Origin: a virus
Lineage: Duplodnaviria > Caudoviricetes
Strand: one strand, 5' to 3'
DNA: 64,000 nucleotides
Virus record (IMG/VR): IMGVR_UViG_3300025617_000909
Span: 347-64,346 of that record
This document shows, piece by piece, positions 20,340-30,551 of the stretch (its first letter is position 1; every line of letters begins with the position of its first letter). The notes beneath the pieces were generated by a model, which had not been told where the DNA came from, made no database searches, and saw only the letters and a program-made list of their open reading frames with translations. A program made the translations under genes and the position numbers.

Positions 20340-20564
20340 ATGTTTAATTGGTTAAAAACACTTTTTGGTTTTGATACACCGGATACCCCGGTTATTGCGC
20401 AACCTACAGCAGAGCAACCCAAAGAGGAAGCAACGCCTAAGGCACAGGCTAAAAAGCCTGCGGCAAAGCGTACAACTACTAAAAAGAAAACAACAACACA
20501 GGCTAAGAAGCCAACGTCAACTGCTCCAAAGAAGCGTGGACGTCCTGCGAAGAAAGCCGAGTAA
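20340..20564 (+). CDS. Lys/Ala/Thr-rich basic protein with AT-hook-like KKRGRP
   Basis: AGGAGG SD; histone-H1-like composition. Confidence 0.65.
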   Translation: MFNWLKTLFGFDTPDTPVIAQPTAEQPKEEATPKAQAKKPAAKRTTTKKKTTTQAKKPTSTAPKKRGRPAKKAE

Positions 20565-21576
20565 GGTACTCTTTGTATAAACCTATGCTGGCTAGGTTTT
20601 TCGCTTTAGATTCAACCATAATGTCAGCACTTCCCAAGAAACTAAGAGCCCATTCGTTAACTGCTTCATTCCACATGAAGTCTGAATGAGCTCTTAGTTT
20701 CGCTTTTTTGTATCCTTGTCCAAGTAGCGTTTGGAAATCGGGTCGAACATTTCGTGGTAAGTGTCCGAGTAACTCTTCGCGACTGACGGAATAATGAATA
20801 ACAGGACGTACACCACGCCAACTGTCAATAATACGTCTAAAACGGTCATCATTTGCATTTATATATTCTCCTCCTGAGTGGCACCAATGGTGATGAATAT
20901 CTAGCACCAAAGCGAGATCGTTACATAATTCGAGACTGGCGTCGATGCCCCAGGCGTTTTCGTCGTTCTCGATAGTAATACAGTTTCTTGCCTCCGGTGA
21001 GAGACGCCTAAGTGCGTCTTTGATACCGGCTGGACCTTTGCGGCCTGAGATGTGTACGTTACACTTGAAGTCCTGGAACTGTCTACCGTACCCCATCCAC
21101 CTGATGCAATTAACATGATATTCAAACTCCTCTATACTTCTATTTACTATATCTGGGCTATCACTAGCAAGCACAGTAAACTGCCCAGGATGCATAGACA
21201 ACCTAACATCAAGCGACCGGGCAAGATCGCCGACCCTTGCGAAATGGCTTTCACAATATCGGACCACATCAGGACGTTGCCAAAAATAGCACCAGTCAGG
21301 CTGAGTGTATACAGGAAGGACATCACTGCCAAGTCTAACCATTCGTAATTCATGTGGTAAACTCCCAACATATTCTATAAGGTTGTAGTACGACTGAATA
21401 TTGTGTACCATGATGTCCCACAGTCGTTGTTCAGCAACATCACGTGTCTGCCTATTGAGCCAAGCAACCGTTGTGCTCTTTGTATTCAACGGTCGTTGAA
21501 TTTCTTCAAGCAGTTTCTTTTTTTGTGTTTGATCTGGGTACATGTACTTACATGCGAATCCTATACGTTTAGCCAT
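20503..21576 (-). CDS. uvsE: UV-damage endonuclease UvsE/UVDE
   Basis: RIGFAC, RLSMHPGQF, IENDE, LVLDIHHH, RAHSD, DIMVESKAK motifs. Confidence 0.92.
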   Translation of the reverse strand: MAKRIGFACKYMYPDQTQKKKLLEEIQRPLNTKSTTVAWLNRQTRDVAEQRLWDIMVHNIQSYYNLIEYVGSLPHELRMVRLGSDVLPVYTQPDWCYFWQRPDVVRYCESHFARVGDLARSLDVRLSMHPGQFTVLASDSPDIVNRSIEEFEYHVNCIRWMGYGRQFQDFKCNVHISGRKGPAGIKDALRRLSPEARNCITIENDENAWGIDASLELCNDLALVLDIHHHWCHSGGEYINANDDRFRRIIDSWRGVRPVIHYSVSREELLGHLPRNVRPDFQTLLGQGYKKAKLRAHSDFMWNEAVNEWALSFLGSADIMVESKAKNLASIGLYKEYLTRLSSQDVHASLEQLTLAS

Positions 21577-22273
21577 AATGTCTTAGTAAATCCCACGTTT
21601 CGTTATAATCCTTTACATTATAGCACATTCCTTTGTTGTTGTCAATAATAGCCTGCGCAAGCGACCAATCATTGCCCAAAGGATCAATCCTATCTCCAAA
21701 AAATACCAAATCATTTTCACCCTCAAACCATTTGAGAATTTGAGCTTTGTCTCTGCCCTTTTCAAAAATATCAATACCAGTTTCGCCGCCAACACTTGCT
21801 GTAATGTTTGGCCAATTTTTATTAATATATTCAGCAAGTTTGTCACGTTCTCGGTTAATCAAATCCCATTCGTAATAATCTTTACGTTGTTCGCCAATAG
21901 CCGCACGTCCAACAACACTAAAATTCAACATTCCTGTGCGTTGCTCAAAGTTTTTTCCGTATTTGTTTGGATACGAACTTTGATATAAGCGATCCTCTAA
22001 CCATAGCCAAAGGTCTTCTGGACATTCCCAGGGGTTTTTGTAAACAACACTTCCTAATTGATATACTTCGTTGCCACTACAGTTAAAACTATATTGTGCC
22101 TTGCGGAAAATATCTTCACCGACTTGTTCAATAGTTTTTTCAGCATCACTGCCTGTTACGAAATAGACATCGTTATGTCGCATGAAATCGTAAAACCATT
22201 TACTAAATGATTCGTCTATGATTCCTCTGCTAGGAGTAAGTGTGCCATCTACATCAAATATAAATTTTTTCAT
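21569..22273 (-). CDS. HAD-IIB phosphomannomutase (eukaryotic PMM-type)
   Basis: FDVDGTLT, GGETGIDIF, FFGD...GND motifs; start moved to MKKFIF. Confidence 0.85.
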   Translation of the reverse strand: MKKFIFDVDGTLTPSRGIIDESFSKWFYDFMRHNDVYFVTGSDAEKTIEQVGEDIFRKAQYSFNCSGNEVYQLGSVVYKNPWECPEDLWLWLEDRLYQSSYPNKYGKNFEQRTGMLNFSVVGRAAIGEQRKDYYEWDLINRERDKLAEYINKNWPNITASVGGETGIDIFEKGRDKAQILKWFEGENDLVFFGDRIDPLGNDWSLAQAIIDNNKGMCYNVKDYNETWDLLRHYG

Positions 22274-22422
22274 CGTAATGCCGGTTGATTCTCTAGTAGC
22301 CAAACACACTCAGCAATGTTCTCAGGACCTACATACATACGTTCACATTTTTCATAAGGATGTAAGTAAATTCCTAAAGCCCATCCTCCGATAAATGCTA
22401 TTGTTAGATAAACATATTTCAT
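22270..22422 (-). CDS. Small membrane/secreted hypothetical protein
   Basis: Hydrophobic N-terminus; sigma70 promoter upstream. Confidence 0.5.
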   Translation of the reverse strand: MKYVYLTIAFIGGWALGIYLHPYEKCERMYVGPENIAECVWLLENQPALR

Positions 22423-22452
22423 CTTGTGTTTCACTTTCTTTATTACTAACTC

Positions 22453-22481
22453 AGTATACACTCTCTTGCTCCAAAGATCAA
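22453..22481 (-). promoter_or_regulatory. sigma70-type early promoter
   Basis: TTGATC-N17-TATACT. Confidence 0.65.
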
Positions 22482-22493
22482 CATATATATTGT

Positions 22494-23339
22494 ATGATCT
22501 TTGATTTTTATAACCAATTTGGTGCTCTTAACAGCAAGAACGTTTTTAATAGTTTTGCCGCCGGATTGAAAACTCTAGGACACACTGTAGAATATCACTC
22601 AGGAAAAGGCGATGTTGCTGTAATCTGGAGTGTACTATGGCATGGACGAATGAGATCAAATCAAACTATTATGAATCGTTATCGAGAAAGAGGAAAATCT
22701 GTAATCGTTATAGAAATTGGATCATTAAGAAGAGACATTTCTCCTGCTGGTACAGATTTATTATCAACATGGAAGATAGGAATTAACGGAATTAATCTTC
22801 CTCACTTCTTTGTTAGTGGAAAGTCTTCTGAAAGATTTGAAAAATTAGGATTAAAATTAGATCCTTGGAAAAACAACGGTACTAATATTTTAATATGTTC
22901 ACAACACGAACGCAGTGAACAATGGGCAAACATGCCAAAAACTGATGTTTGGGTATTAGAAAAAATAAAGCAAATTAGAGAACATACAGACCGCCCAATT
23001 AGAATAAGAAGTCATCCAAGATTTCCTATAAGACGTAGTTTTAATGAATACAATGCTGTTCCTAGTACAGGAAACTTTAAAGCAGAGTTAAACAATGCTT
23101 GGGCAGTTGTAAATCATTGTAGTGGTCCTGGTATAGAAGCAATATTAGCAGGTGTACCAGCATTTGTAGGAAATGTTAGTTTAGCCGCACCAGTTGCCAA
23201 TCTCAGTATGACCACAATAAACAGTCCTTTGATGCCAGACAGAACCCAATGGGCTAACGACTTAGCATGGACAGAATGGACTCAACAAGAAATGGTTCAG
23301 GGAATTCCACAAAAACTAATTTGTGACAAATTAATGTAA
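22494..23339 (+). CDS. Glycosyltransferase/capsular polysaccharide-modification-like protein
   Basis: IRIRSHP and VVNHCSGPGIEAILAGVP motifs (KpsC/KpsS-like). Confidence 0.55.
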   Translation: MIFDFYNQFGALNSKNVFNSFAAGLKTLGHTVEYHSGKGDVAVIWSVLWHGRMRSNQTIMNRYRERGKSVIVIEIGSLRRDISPAGTDLLSTWKIGINGINLPHFFVSGKSSERFEKLGLKLDPWKNNGTNILICSQHERSEQWANMPKTDVWVLEKIKQIREHTDRPIRIRSHPRFPIRRSFNEYNAVPSTGNFKAELNNAWAVVNHCSGPGIEAILAGVPAFVGNVSLAAPVANLSMTTINSPLMPDRTQWANDLAWTEWTQQEMVQGIPQKLICDKLM

Positions 23340-23519
23340 ATCTGGATCTCTTCCGAACCCAGGTCTAACTGAACTCTGTTGATAAGATTCTATTTCGAAA
23401 CGACATTCGGGATATTGTAACTGATATATTTGTAGAGTTTCTTGTGCTTGTCTACCATCCATACCATTCGCTACTGTTTCGCCTGAGTCTATATCGTATA
23501 CTCTAAACAACGTTACCAT
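23331..23519 (-). CDS. Hypothetical protein
   Basis: ORF preceded by TAAATA-N7-ATG. Confidence 0.6.
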   Translation of the reverse strand: MVTLFRVYDIDSGETVANGMDGRQAQETLQIYQLQYPECRFEIESYQQSSVRPGFGRDPDLH

Positions 23520-23568
23520 AGTAGATTATTTAATACCTCAGTTTAGAAGTATTAAAACTGTATATTAA

Positions 23569-24270
23569 TTATTTCCAGTTTTCTACAATAACAGGATCGC
23601 GAACATCATGAATATCGGGATATCCGTGAAATGCTAGTACAGCGGTTTCTTCAGGAATTCGCGGATCCCTAATTTCTTTGAAGGTACTATTTTTTCCAAA
23701 ACCATTTAATTCGTTACGACTACGTATCTCCCATTTATAACTTCTAATCCATTCGTCTGGATAAAAATTAATATGTGGATTATTGATGTGCCATACCCAA
23801 TCTTGATCACCGTGAAACTTTTTAATCAATCCTGGATTCTTTTCAAACTCTGTCCAGATATTAGCGTATTCTCCGGCAGGCCATTTCATAACAGCACTGC
23901 CTAATTTTTTATATGTTGGCCTAAATACACGACCTACATCACGAAGTCCTACAAATTTTCCTGGAAGAAAGTTTACAAGTTTATCAATATTTTCTACAAT
24001 AACCATATCGAGATCCATGTAGAAATTAATGTCACCTTTTGGAAAATGATCTTCTTTGAAAATATAAGGTTTAAACCACCAACCTGTTAGATGAGGATTA
24101 TCTAAAGGAAGTGCTCTAATTTCAACATTGGGATTTATGCCTTCTGGATATTCTGTAAAACATACAAAACGATGAGGTACCGTTAGATGTCTTTGTACCA
24201 TGTTGTAAAGTTTGTTTACATACTCTGGAGAATATTTGGTACCTGATTTAAGGCATATAAAGTTGAGCAT
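23569..24270 (-). CDS. GT-A fold glycosyltransferase
   Basis: FYMDLDMVI DxD, GDQDW and AFHGYP motifs. Confidence 0.7.
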   Translation of the reverse strand: MLNFICLKSGTKYSPEYVNKLYNMVQRHLTVPHRFVCFTEYPEGINPNVEIRALPLDNPHLTGWWFKPYIFKEDHFPKGDINFYMDLDMVIVENIDKLVNFLPGKFVGLRDVGRVFRPTYKKLGSAVMKWPAGEYANIWTEFEKNPGLIKKFHGDQDWVWHINNPHINFYPDEWIRSYKWEIRSRNELNGFGKNSTFKEIRDPRIPEETAVLAFHGYPDIHDVRDPVIVENWK

Positions 24271-24284
24271 TACTACTGTTCTCG

Positions 24285-24869
24285 TTACTTCTCTAACCGT
24301 GCTATTAAGTCTTTAGGTGATTCCCAATCCCAGCGAGGTTTCTTAGGAAGAAGTTCGCCTGATGAATTTTTACGTTGGGCATCTGCTCTTGCTGTTTCTT
24401 CATCTACAGTACACATAGCATCGTTACGTTCGTGTTCATACACACGTACCTGCTCTACATAACAGCGTCCTTGCGTGGTTTGATAAACGTAATGATTAAC
24501 ATGTTCCCAGATAAACACTGAACTCATTTCCATTGATACACCGCTTGGCAGTACACGAAGTGTACCTAGTAATCCGCCAGTGTCTACCATGTGATCTGGA
24601 ATATCGCCAATGCGTGGATCATCCGCTGGTAGTACAGTCACATGATCGAAATAATATTCCAAGAAATCTTTTACAGGCTTTAGTTGTCCAAATGGAACAA
24701 TCCACCCATGTTCGTCTGGTTCGCCTGCGAATGTAAATTCTACTGAACGATCATAACCATGAACCTGTGCGCAGTGTCCTGGTGTACCGTCTGGATTTGT
24801 ATCAAACCATTGTGCGTGTCCACATGGTAAGTTTTTGTATACTTTTGTTGCTTTAATTTTTATAGCCAT
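24285..24869 (-). CDS. 6-pyruvoyl-tetrahydropterin synthase / QueD-like protein
   Basis: CGH...CAQVHGY, FDHVTV, VRVYEHE T-fold motifs; AGGAGG SD. Confidence 0.8.
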   Translation of the reverse strand: MAIKIKATKVYKNLPCGHAQWFDTNPDGTPGHCAQVHGYDRSVEFTFAGEPDEHGWIVPFGQLKPVKDFLEYYFDHVTVLPADDPRIGDIPDHMVDTGGLLGTLRVLPSGVSMEMSSVFIWEHVNHYVYQTTQGRCYVEQVRVYEHERNDAMCTVDEETARADAQRKNSSGELLPKKPRWDWESPKDLIARLEK

Positions 24870-24874
24870 CTCTT

Positions 24875-24945
24875 GCCTCCTATAATGCTCGAGTAAGTTT
24901 GATGCGCAGAGTGTTTATAGTGGGGTGAGCATATAAGACCACTTG
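24875..24945 (-). promoter_or_regulatory. Candidate pseudoknotted 5' leader RNA (riboswitch-like)
   Basis: P1 AGUGG/CCACU; loop AUGCUC complementary to GAGCAU just before the SD. Confidence 0.45.
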
Positions 24946-24958
24946 TAACATTATGTAT

Positions 24959-24987
24959 ATGTTACAGGATATTTATGAACTTGTCAA
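24959..24987 (-). promoter_or_regulatory. sigma70-type promoter with nested TAAATA
   Basis: TTGACA-N17-TAACAT; ATAAATA in the spacer. Confidence 0.55.
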
Positions 24988-25563
24988 GTCTAAAATGTTT
25001 TTTTTGAACACATTTGAAAAACACCATTCGTCTGGCAATTCCCAATCAATATTATTATAGATATAAAATTTTACACTTGGGTATAGCTCGAATATTTTGG
25101 CTACTTGTTTGATCCAATAACTAGGATCAATTGATCTGTGGTGTTTGTCAACATAGTTTTCTGTTCCTTTATAAACATTGTTGACCTTTTGTGTTTCACT
25201 GTAAAGATCGAAACCTATTATGTGACAGTTTTGTGGATTCATAGTAACGCTTAATAACAATGCGTAAGGACCACTACCCCAATGAAATGGATTGTCCCAT
25301 CTCTTATCTCCTTCGTATGGAAGATCGGGAACTGTTTGTACATCAGGCCCTGGAAAATACTTTTTCCAATCCTGTCGAGTGTAAATGTTTTGGACTTTGT
25401 GTGCTAGTGCTTCTTTGACCATTCGTCGGTCAACACACACAAGATGATCTATTTGAAAGTCACGACAGATAGCATTACAACCAAATGTTGTAAAGTTATT
25501 TTTTAGCAGGTTTAGATTTATTTTCTTCCTGCTCTCTCCGTTTCCTATTATTAGGTGATCCAT
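24973..25563 (-). CDS. Hypothetical Rossmann-like enzyme (DUF115/MptE-like)
   Basis: IIGNGESR, FGCNA, IIGFDL motifs. Confidence 0.5.
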   Translation of the reverse strand: MDHLIIGNGESRKKINLNLLKNNFTTFGCNAICRDFQIDHLVCVDRRMVKEALAHKVQNIYTRQDWKKYFPGPDVQTVPDLPYEGDKRWDNPFHWGSGPYALLLSVTMNPQNCHIIGFDLYSETQKVNNVYKGTENYVDKHHRSIDPSYWIKQVAKIFELYPSVKFYIYNNIDWELPDEWCFSNVFKKNILDLTSS

Positions 25564-25846
25564 CTTTAACTGCGGCATTTAAATCTTTTACAATGTTTAC
25601 CAATTCTAAAAATTGTTCTACATTTCTAGTTAGCGTATTATTGAGTTTGAGTATAGTAAAAAGAGTCCACCACCACCAAACGACAGCAGTAACTGAAAAC
25701 ACAGTTCCGGCAACAATCATCCATCTATCAAAATGAAAAAGTTCTAGGAAGTAAGACACTATGAAGCCCACCGCAAATACCAGCGGAGCATACGTGCCAT
25801 ACTTTATCCAAGTTTTGACCTGCTTTTCGACTTTGTTATGTGGCAA
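25496..25846 (-). CDS. Two-TM membrane protein with basic C-terminus (holin-like?)
   Basis: Two hydrophobic segments, charged tail. Confidence 0.5.
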   Translation of the reverse strand: MPHNKVEKQVKTWIKYGTYAPLVFAVGFIVSYFLELFHFDRWMIVAGTVFSVTAVVWWWWTLFTILKLNNTLTRNVEQFLELVNIVKDLNAAVKDGSPNNRKRREQEENKSKPAKK

Positions 25847-25850
25847 TTCA

Positions 25851-27293
25851 CTATCCTATAATACCAAATGGTCGCCATTCGCCAGGTGTTCCATTTACGA
25901 TACATACCCAACCAATTGGATGACCTGTTCTTGGTTCAACGTTCCAACAAATATCACCCTTGTTATAGGATCCTGCTGAAGGAGCACTTGTACCATGAGT
26001 CTGAAGTTTATTGTTAAATCTCACCGGACCGTTAACGTGTAGATCTACGTTTGGATCAGGGTTGTTAACACCAATAGCCATGCTACCATGTACATGAACT
26101 TTTGTAGGAGGACTATTCTTGTTACCAATTGTGATGCTTCCTGAAGCATCAACAGTGAGTCGTTCTGTATCGTCAGTAATTAAGGATAAAGAGTTGTAAC
26201 CATGCGTTCCGATTACTGATTTGCTGTCACGAGTGTCAACCTTGAATTCAACTTCACTATCATAAATGCTCAATTTACCATGAGGTTCATCGTGACCAAA
26301 TGCGAGTCTTTGTGACTCGTTAAAGAAAAATATCTGATTATCAAAATTTACATCGCCTAGTACTGTGAGATTTTTAAGATTGCCTACTTCTTTAAGCCTA
26401 CTTTTTACAACTGTTGCGCCAAGTGAATCAAAACTAATAACAGGAATGTTATCAATTTGATATGTTCTTTCTCTGTTTAGATTCATATGCTCTGTTGAGA
26501 ACAAAGCATCGTTTTCTCTTAAAATAAACTGTTTGGTGTATCCGCCATTGGTCCATAATAGTCCTTTTCCGATGTTAGGATTTCCAGCAGTTTGTACAAA
26601 TTCTAAAGGTGACGTTCTTTCAATTCTTATATCGGCAAATAGTTCATCAGTTCTAATTCGTTTAGCAGTAATTTCTCCAGCAACATTAATGTTTTCTGCA
26701 GTTACTGTATTCTCAAATGTTACTTCGCCTTTAACTTTTGAAACATATAAATCATCAACGTGAACACCATCTTCTTTTACTAGAAGTTTAGTTGACAATT
26801 CAGTAGATTCATCTTTAATACCTGGAGTAACAAAATTACGAATCACGCCGCCGTTGATCTTGTCTCCTGAGATACTTCTGTTTGGAATAGTTCTCAAAAG
26901 TTTTTGCGTATCAACCTCAACATTTGCCCTTAGTGTACCAGATACAGTTAAGTCTCCAGCAATAACAGCAGACCCTGCTGTAAGTTCATTTTCAACATTA
27001 ACACTTCCCTTGATTGTGTTGATATTAGCAAACCGTACGCTAATACCGTCATCACTAATAGTAAGCATAGTATTACCAGCATTGTCGCTAATGCCAGTGC
27101 TACTAAAATTAGTAATTTTTCCTCCACTAACTTGGTCACCTGTAAGGCCACCATATGGGATTTGCCTGATAATCTGGTTCATCTGCTTGGGTGTTAGGTC
27201 AACTTTACCAGCAGATTTTGCTTTTTCATCAAGTGTTTTGAGTGCTACGCTCAGTGATGCTGTTAATTGGTCAATATTGTCATGTGTGCTCAT
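25851..27293 (-). CDS. Putative virion/tail-fibre protein
   Basis: Internal repeat ISGDKINGG/TGDQVSGG; IGVNNPDP and C-terminal GWVC...GEWRPFG; start moved to MSTHDN. Confidence 0.6.
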   Translation of the reverse strand: MSTHDNIDQLTASLSVALKTLDEKAKSAGKVDLTPKQMNQIIRQIPYGGLTGDQVSGGKITNFSSTGISDNAGNTMLTISDDGISVRFANINTIKGSVNVENELTAGSAVIAGDLTVSGTLRANVEVDTQKLLRTIPNRSISGDKINGGVIRNFVTPGIKDESTELSTKLLVKEDGVHVDDLYVSKVKGEVTFENTVTAENINVAGEITAKRIRTDELFADIRIERTSPLEFVQTAGNPNIGKGLLWTNGGYTKQFILRENDALFSTEHMNLNRERTYQIDNIPVISFDSLGATVVKSRLKEVGNLKNLTVLGDVNFDNQIFFFNESQRLAFGHDEPHGKLSIYDSEVEFKVDTRDSKSVIGTHGYNSLSLITDDTERLTVDASGSITIGNKNSPPTKVHVHGSMAIGVNNPDPNVDLHVNGPVRFNNKLQTHGTSAPSAGSYNKGDICWNVEPRTGHPIGWVCIVNGTPGEWRPFGIIG

Positions 27294-27354
27294 ACTCATA
27301 TTTATACAAATTGGAAAAACAATAAATACATCGTATAAGGAACGAATAGAAAAT

Positions 27355-30300
27355 ATGCCACTAATTAAATCATTTGACCCGTCAACGGACGTCAATACCA
27401 ATACAGATACAATTAATATTCCTAGTCATGGATTTGGATCTTTAGACGGAGTAATTTATCGTAATGGTGGTGGCTCGAGTGTAGGCGGACTAGTACATAA
27501 CACAAAATATTATGTGATTGTTATCGATAACAACAATATCAAACTAGGAACAACAGAAGTTCTTGCTAGGAACAGTACTGCGGTTAACCTCATAAGCACA
27601 GGCGCAGGAACTGTACATACATTAGAATTTACAACTATTTTTCCTAAGGAAACATCAGTACATAATATATTCCAAAAAGTTAGACTTACTGGCGGCGGCC
27701 TATCTGCTGATGGTGAAACTATTACTGCTGAAACTGTCGACGACACACTTAATATTGTAGGCGGCGCTGGTGTTAGTTTTACTAGTATAAATGACGACAG
27801 CAAGAGCTTTACACTACAGGCAACACAGTATGACTTTGAAGTACCTGTAGGAACAACCAATTTAAGACTGTTTAGTGATAGTGGCGATGACCAGAGTATT
27901 ATTCTAACGCCAGCACGTGGCATTGCTATTACTAGAATAGGATCACAGGAAGTTGAATTTGAGAGTTTTGGTGTAACGGAAACAGACACATTACAAAGCA
28001 TTTCAGAGCGTGGTAATATAACCAACAACAAACTTATTATGGATAACTTGTTGGTTGCTAAAATTGAATCAACACCAGGCATTGACGGTGTTGTAAATTA
28101 CACAACAACAGGCACCACAGGAACAGCGATTGCTCTCACTGGTAATGGTACACTTGACAATGAATTATTGTTTTCACCTGATTATGCTACCAGCACAGAA
28201 ACAGCAAAGGATGTTTATGTTAATTTTCAAAGTCCTGCGGCACAAGGTACACTGAGTTACACAGCAGTTTACACTTCAGAATCAACACTCACAACAGGCA
28301 GTGTTATCCTACAGAGAAATGACGGCGGTGGCTGGGTAACCATTGATAATGTTAGCGGAACAACAGTTGACCAATCCTATGAAATCAATGGTAACTATGC
28401 TGAAATACTAAGCAGTACTGTTGATTACAGAATTATATTTTCTTGGACAGGAAGTTCAGATATTGTAACCTATAGAATTAGGGTAAATTTTGAAGTTGAA
28501 AATGTTCCAGGCACAGAAATTATTCTAACTGACACAGATGCCGAAGTACTTACGTTGGGTACACTTGGCGGCTCTGTTGTTATTCGCGGCAACGTAACAC
28601 TTGCTGATGATATTAGCACCGACGGTATAAGAATATTCAACAACAATATTACTAGCATCAATAGTGACGACAATATTGTTTTAGAACCAAGTGGTGTGGG
28701 CGGCATTGAGTTACGCACAGAAACCATGTACAACACGGAAACAACATTTAACTTGTTTCCTGATACAGTTACAGAACTAAACATTGGCTGGAGAGATTAT
28801 CCAGGCGATTCAACTATTCCTGATGCTAATTTAAACAATACAAATATTAGAACAAATTTACACGTTGATGGTTATTTGGACATTAAGAATAACGGTAACG
28901 AAGTAGCAGAAATCACAACCAGCACAATGGAAACGGTACATGTCTTTACAGGTGCGTCAACTATTGTAATTGGTAACGGTACCACAGATATTAATCTTGG
29001 TAATATTGACGTCAATGGAAATATAATCGACACCAATGATAGCACAGGTATCACTGTAACACCGATACTAACAACACAAAGCGATTTAGTTGTAGAAAAT
29101 GATCTAAATGTAGCACACAAAATTACTGCTACAGATTTAGAATTATCAGCAAATGCTCTTATCACACAAAACTTAACAGTTTCTGGTAATACAGCAATTA
29201 CGGGTAACACAACAATTACGGGTGATCTACTAGCCGGCACTTCATCTTTTAATTTACTACAAAATGCTACAACAATTAACATTGGAGCAACTACCGGTAC
29301 TACTACACTAGGACATAATTTAGTTACAGTAGGCGATATTCAAATTCAAGGAGGTGATTTAACTACAGATCAAACCACCTTTAATTTGCTGAATACCACA
29401 GCAACAACCGTAAATGCTTTTGGTGACGCAACTACTATTAACTTTGGTAGTTTAATTTTTACAGGTAACACACTAACAACTGATGATTCGAGTGGTATTA
29501 CATTTACACCAGCCGTAACTTTTGAAAGTGATATTACAGTTGGAAATGACATCACGGTTCCGACGGTTGTTGTTACATCAGGATTATCATCACCCAAGGC
29601 AACAATTACAGAGTTAACAACTAGTTCTATAACAAACAGCGGAACATTTGGTACAGGTAGTTTGGGTGTTACAAATAACGCTACAATTGGAAACGATTTA
29701 AATGTCGGTGGAGATGCTGTAATTACAGGCAACCTTACTGTACAAGGTACACAAACTATTCTTAATACTTCAACACTAGATGTTGAAGATCTTAACATTA
29801 CTGTGGCAAAAGGAGCCGCTGATGCTACAGCCGCTAATGGAGCAGGCCTAACCATAGACGGTGCTAATGCTACATTAACTTATGATAATACCACTGATAG
29901 ATTTATCACAAATAAAGGCTTAACGGTAACTGCTCTAACAGCGTCAAACGGTATTGATAGTACAGCAATTGGTGATAATACTCGTTCATCAGGTAAATTT
30001 ACAACACTTGATGCTGATAATACAGTTACACTGAGTCCGGCAAATACCTCAGTTACTATTTCACCAAGCGGAACTGGTACTGTTGTTATAAATCCAAATA
30101 CTGCAAGTAGTATAGATAATGTTGTTATTGGTGGAACAACAGCGGTGGCCGGAACATTTACTGATCTAGCATCCACTGGTTGGTTAACCACTGCAGGCGT
30201 TACAGAACAAATTGACACCAAGACATCAGCAACAGGAACAGTCGCACACGATTTAGATGTTGCCACAGTATTTTATCATAGCTCTATTAGCGGTGATTTT

Positions 30301-30546
30301 GTGACCAACTTTACAAACGTACCCACAACGAACAATAGAACCGTATCCGTTGCCCTAGTGCTTGAACAAGGAGCAATAGGTCGAGACGTCACTGGTGTTG
30401 AAGTTAATGGTAGCAGTGTTACTGTCAAATGGTTGGGAGGCATTACACATACAGGAACTGCCAACGAAGTTGAAATACTATCTTTCACTATTGTGAGGGT
30501 TAACAGCACATATCAAGTGCTGGGTTCGATTAGTATATTTGGATAA
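27355..30546 (+). CDS. Long tail fibre-like protein
   Basis: True start MPLIKSF after ATAAATA and AAGGA; T/G/N-rich beta repeats. Confidence 0.7.
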   Translation: MPLIKSFDPSTDVNTNTDTINIPSHGFGSLDGVIYRNGGGSSVGGLVHNTKYYVIVIDNNNIKLGTTEVLARNSTAVNLISTGAGTVHTLEFTTIFPKETSVHNIFQKVRLTGGGLSADGETITAETVDDTLNIVGGAGVSFTSINDDSKSFTLQATQYDFEVPVGTTNLRLFSDSGDDQSIILTPARGIAITRIGSQEVEFESFGVTETDTLQSISERGNITNNKLIMDNLLVAKIESTPGIDGVVNYTTTGTTGTAIALTGNGTLDNELLFSPDYATSTETAKDVYVNFQSPAAQGTLSYTAVYTSESTLTTGSVILQRNDGGGWVTIDNVSGTTVDQSYEINGNYAEILSSTVDYRIIFSWTGSSDIVTYRIRVNFEVENVPGTEIILTDTDAEVLTLGTLGGSVVIRGNVTLADDISTDGIRIFNNNITSINSDDNIVLEPSGVGGIELRTETMYNTETTFNLFPDTVTELNIGWRDYPGDSTIPDANLNNTNIRTNLHVDGYLDIKNNGNEVAEITTSTMETVHVFTGASTIVIGNGTTDINLGNIDVNGNIIDTNDSTGITVTPILTTQSDLVVENDLNVAHKITATDLELSANALITQNLTVSGNTAITGNTTITGDLLAGTSSFNLLQNATTINIGATTGTTTLGHNLVTVGDIQIQGGDLTTDQTTFNLLNTTATTVNAFGDATTINFGSLIFTGNTLTTDDSSGITFTPAVTFESDITVGNDITVPTVVVTSGLSSPKATITELTTSSITNSGTFGTGSLGVTNNATIGNDLNVGGDAVITGNLTVQGTQTILNTSTLDVEDLNITVAKGAADATAANGAGLTIDGANATLTYDNTTDRFITNKGLTVTALTASNGIDSTAIGDNTRSSGKFTTLDADNTVTLSPANTSVTISPSGTGTVVINPNTASSIDNVVIGGTTAVAGTFTDLASTGWLTTAGVTEQIDTKTSATGTVAHDLDVATVFYHSSISGDFVTNFTNVPTTNNRTVSVALVLEQGAIGRDVTGVEVNGSSVTVKWLGGITHTGTANEVEILSFTIVRVNSTYQVLGSISIFG

Positions 30547-30551
30547 TATAG

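Noticed and set aside
26854-27401. N-terminal extensions of the ORF-track calls 26854..30546 (+) and 25851..27401 (-)
   Set aside because: They overlap each other on opposite strands. Promoters and starts at 27355 (+) and 27293 (-) give a clean divergent arrangement.
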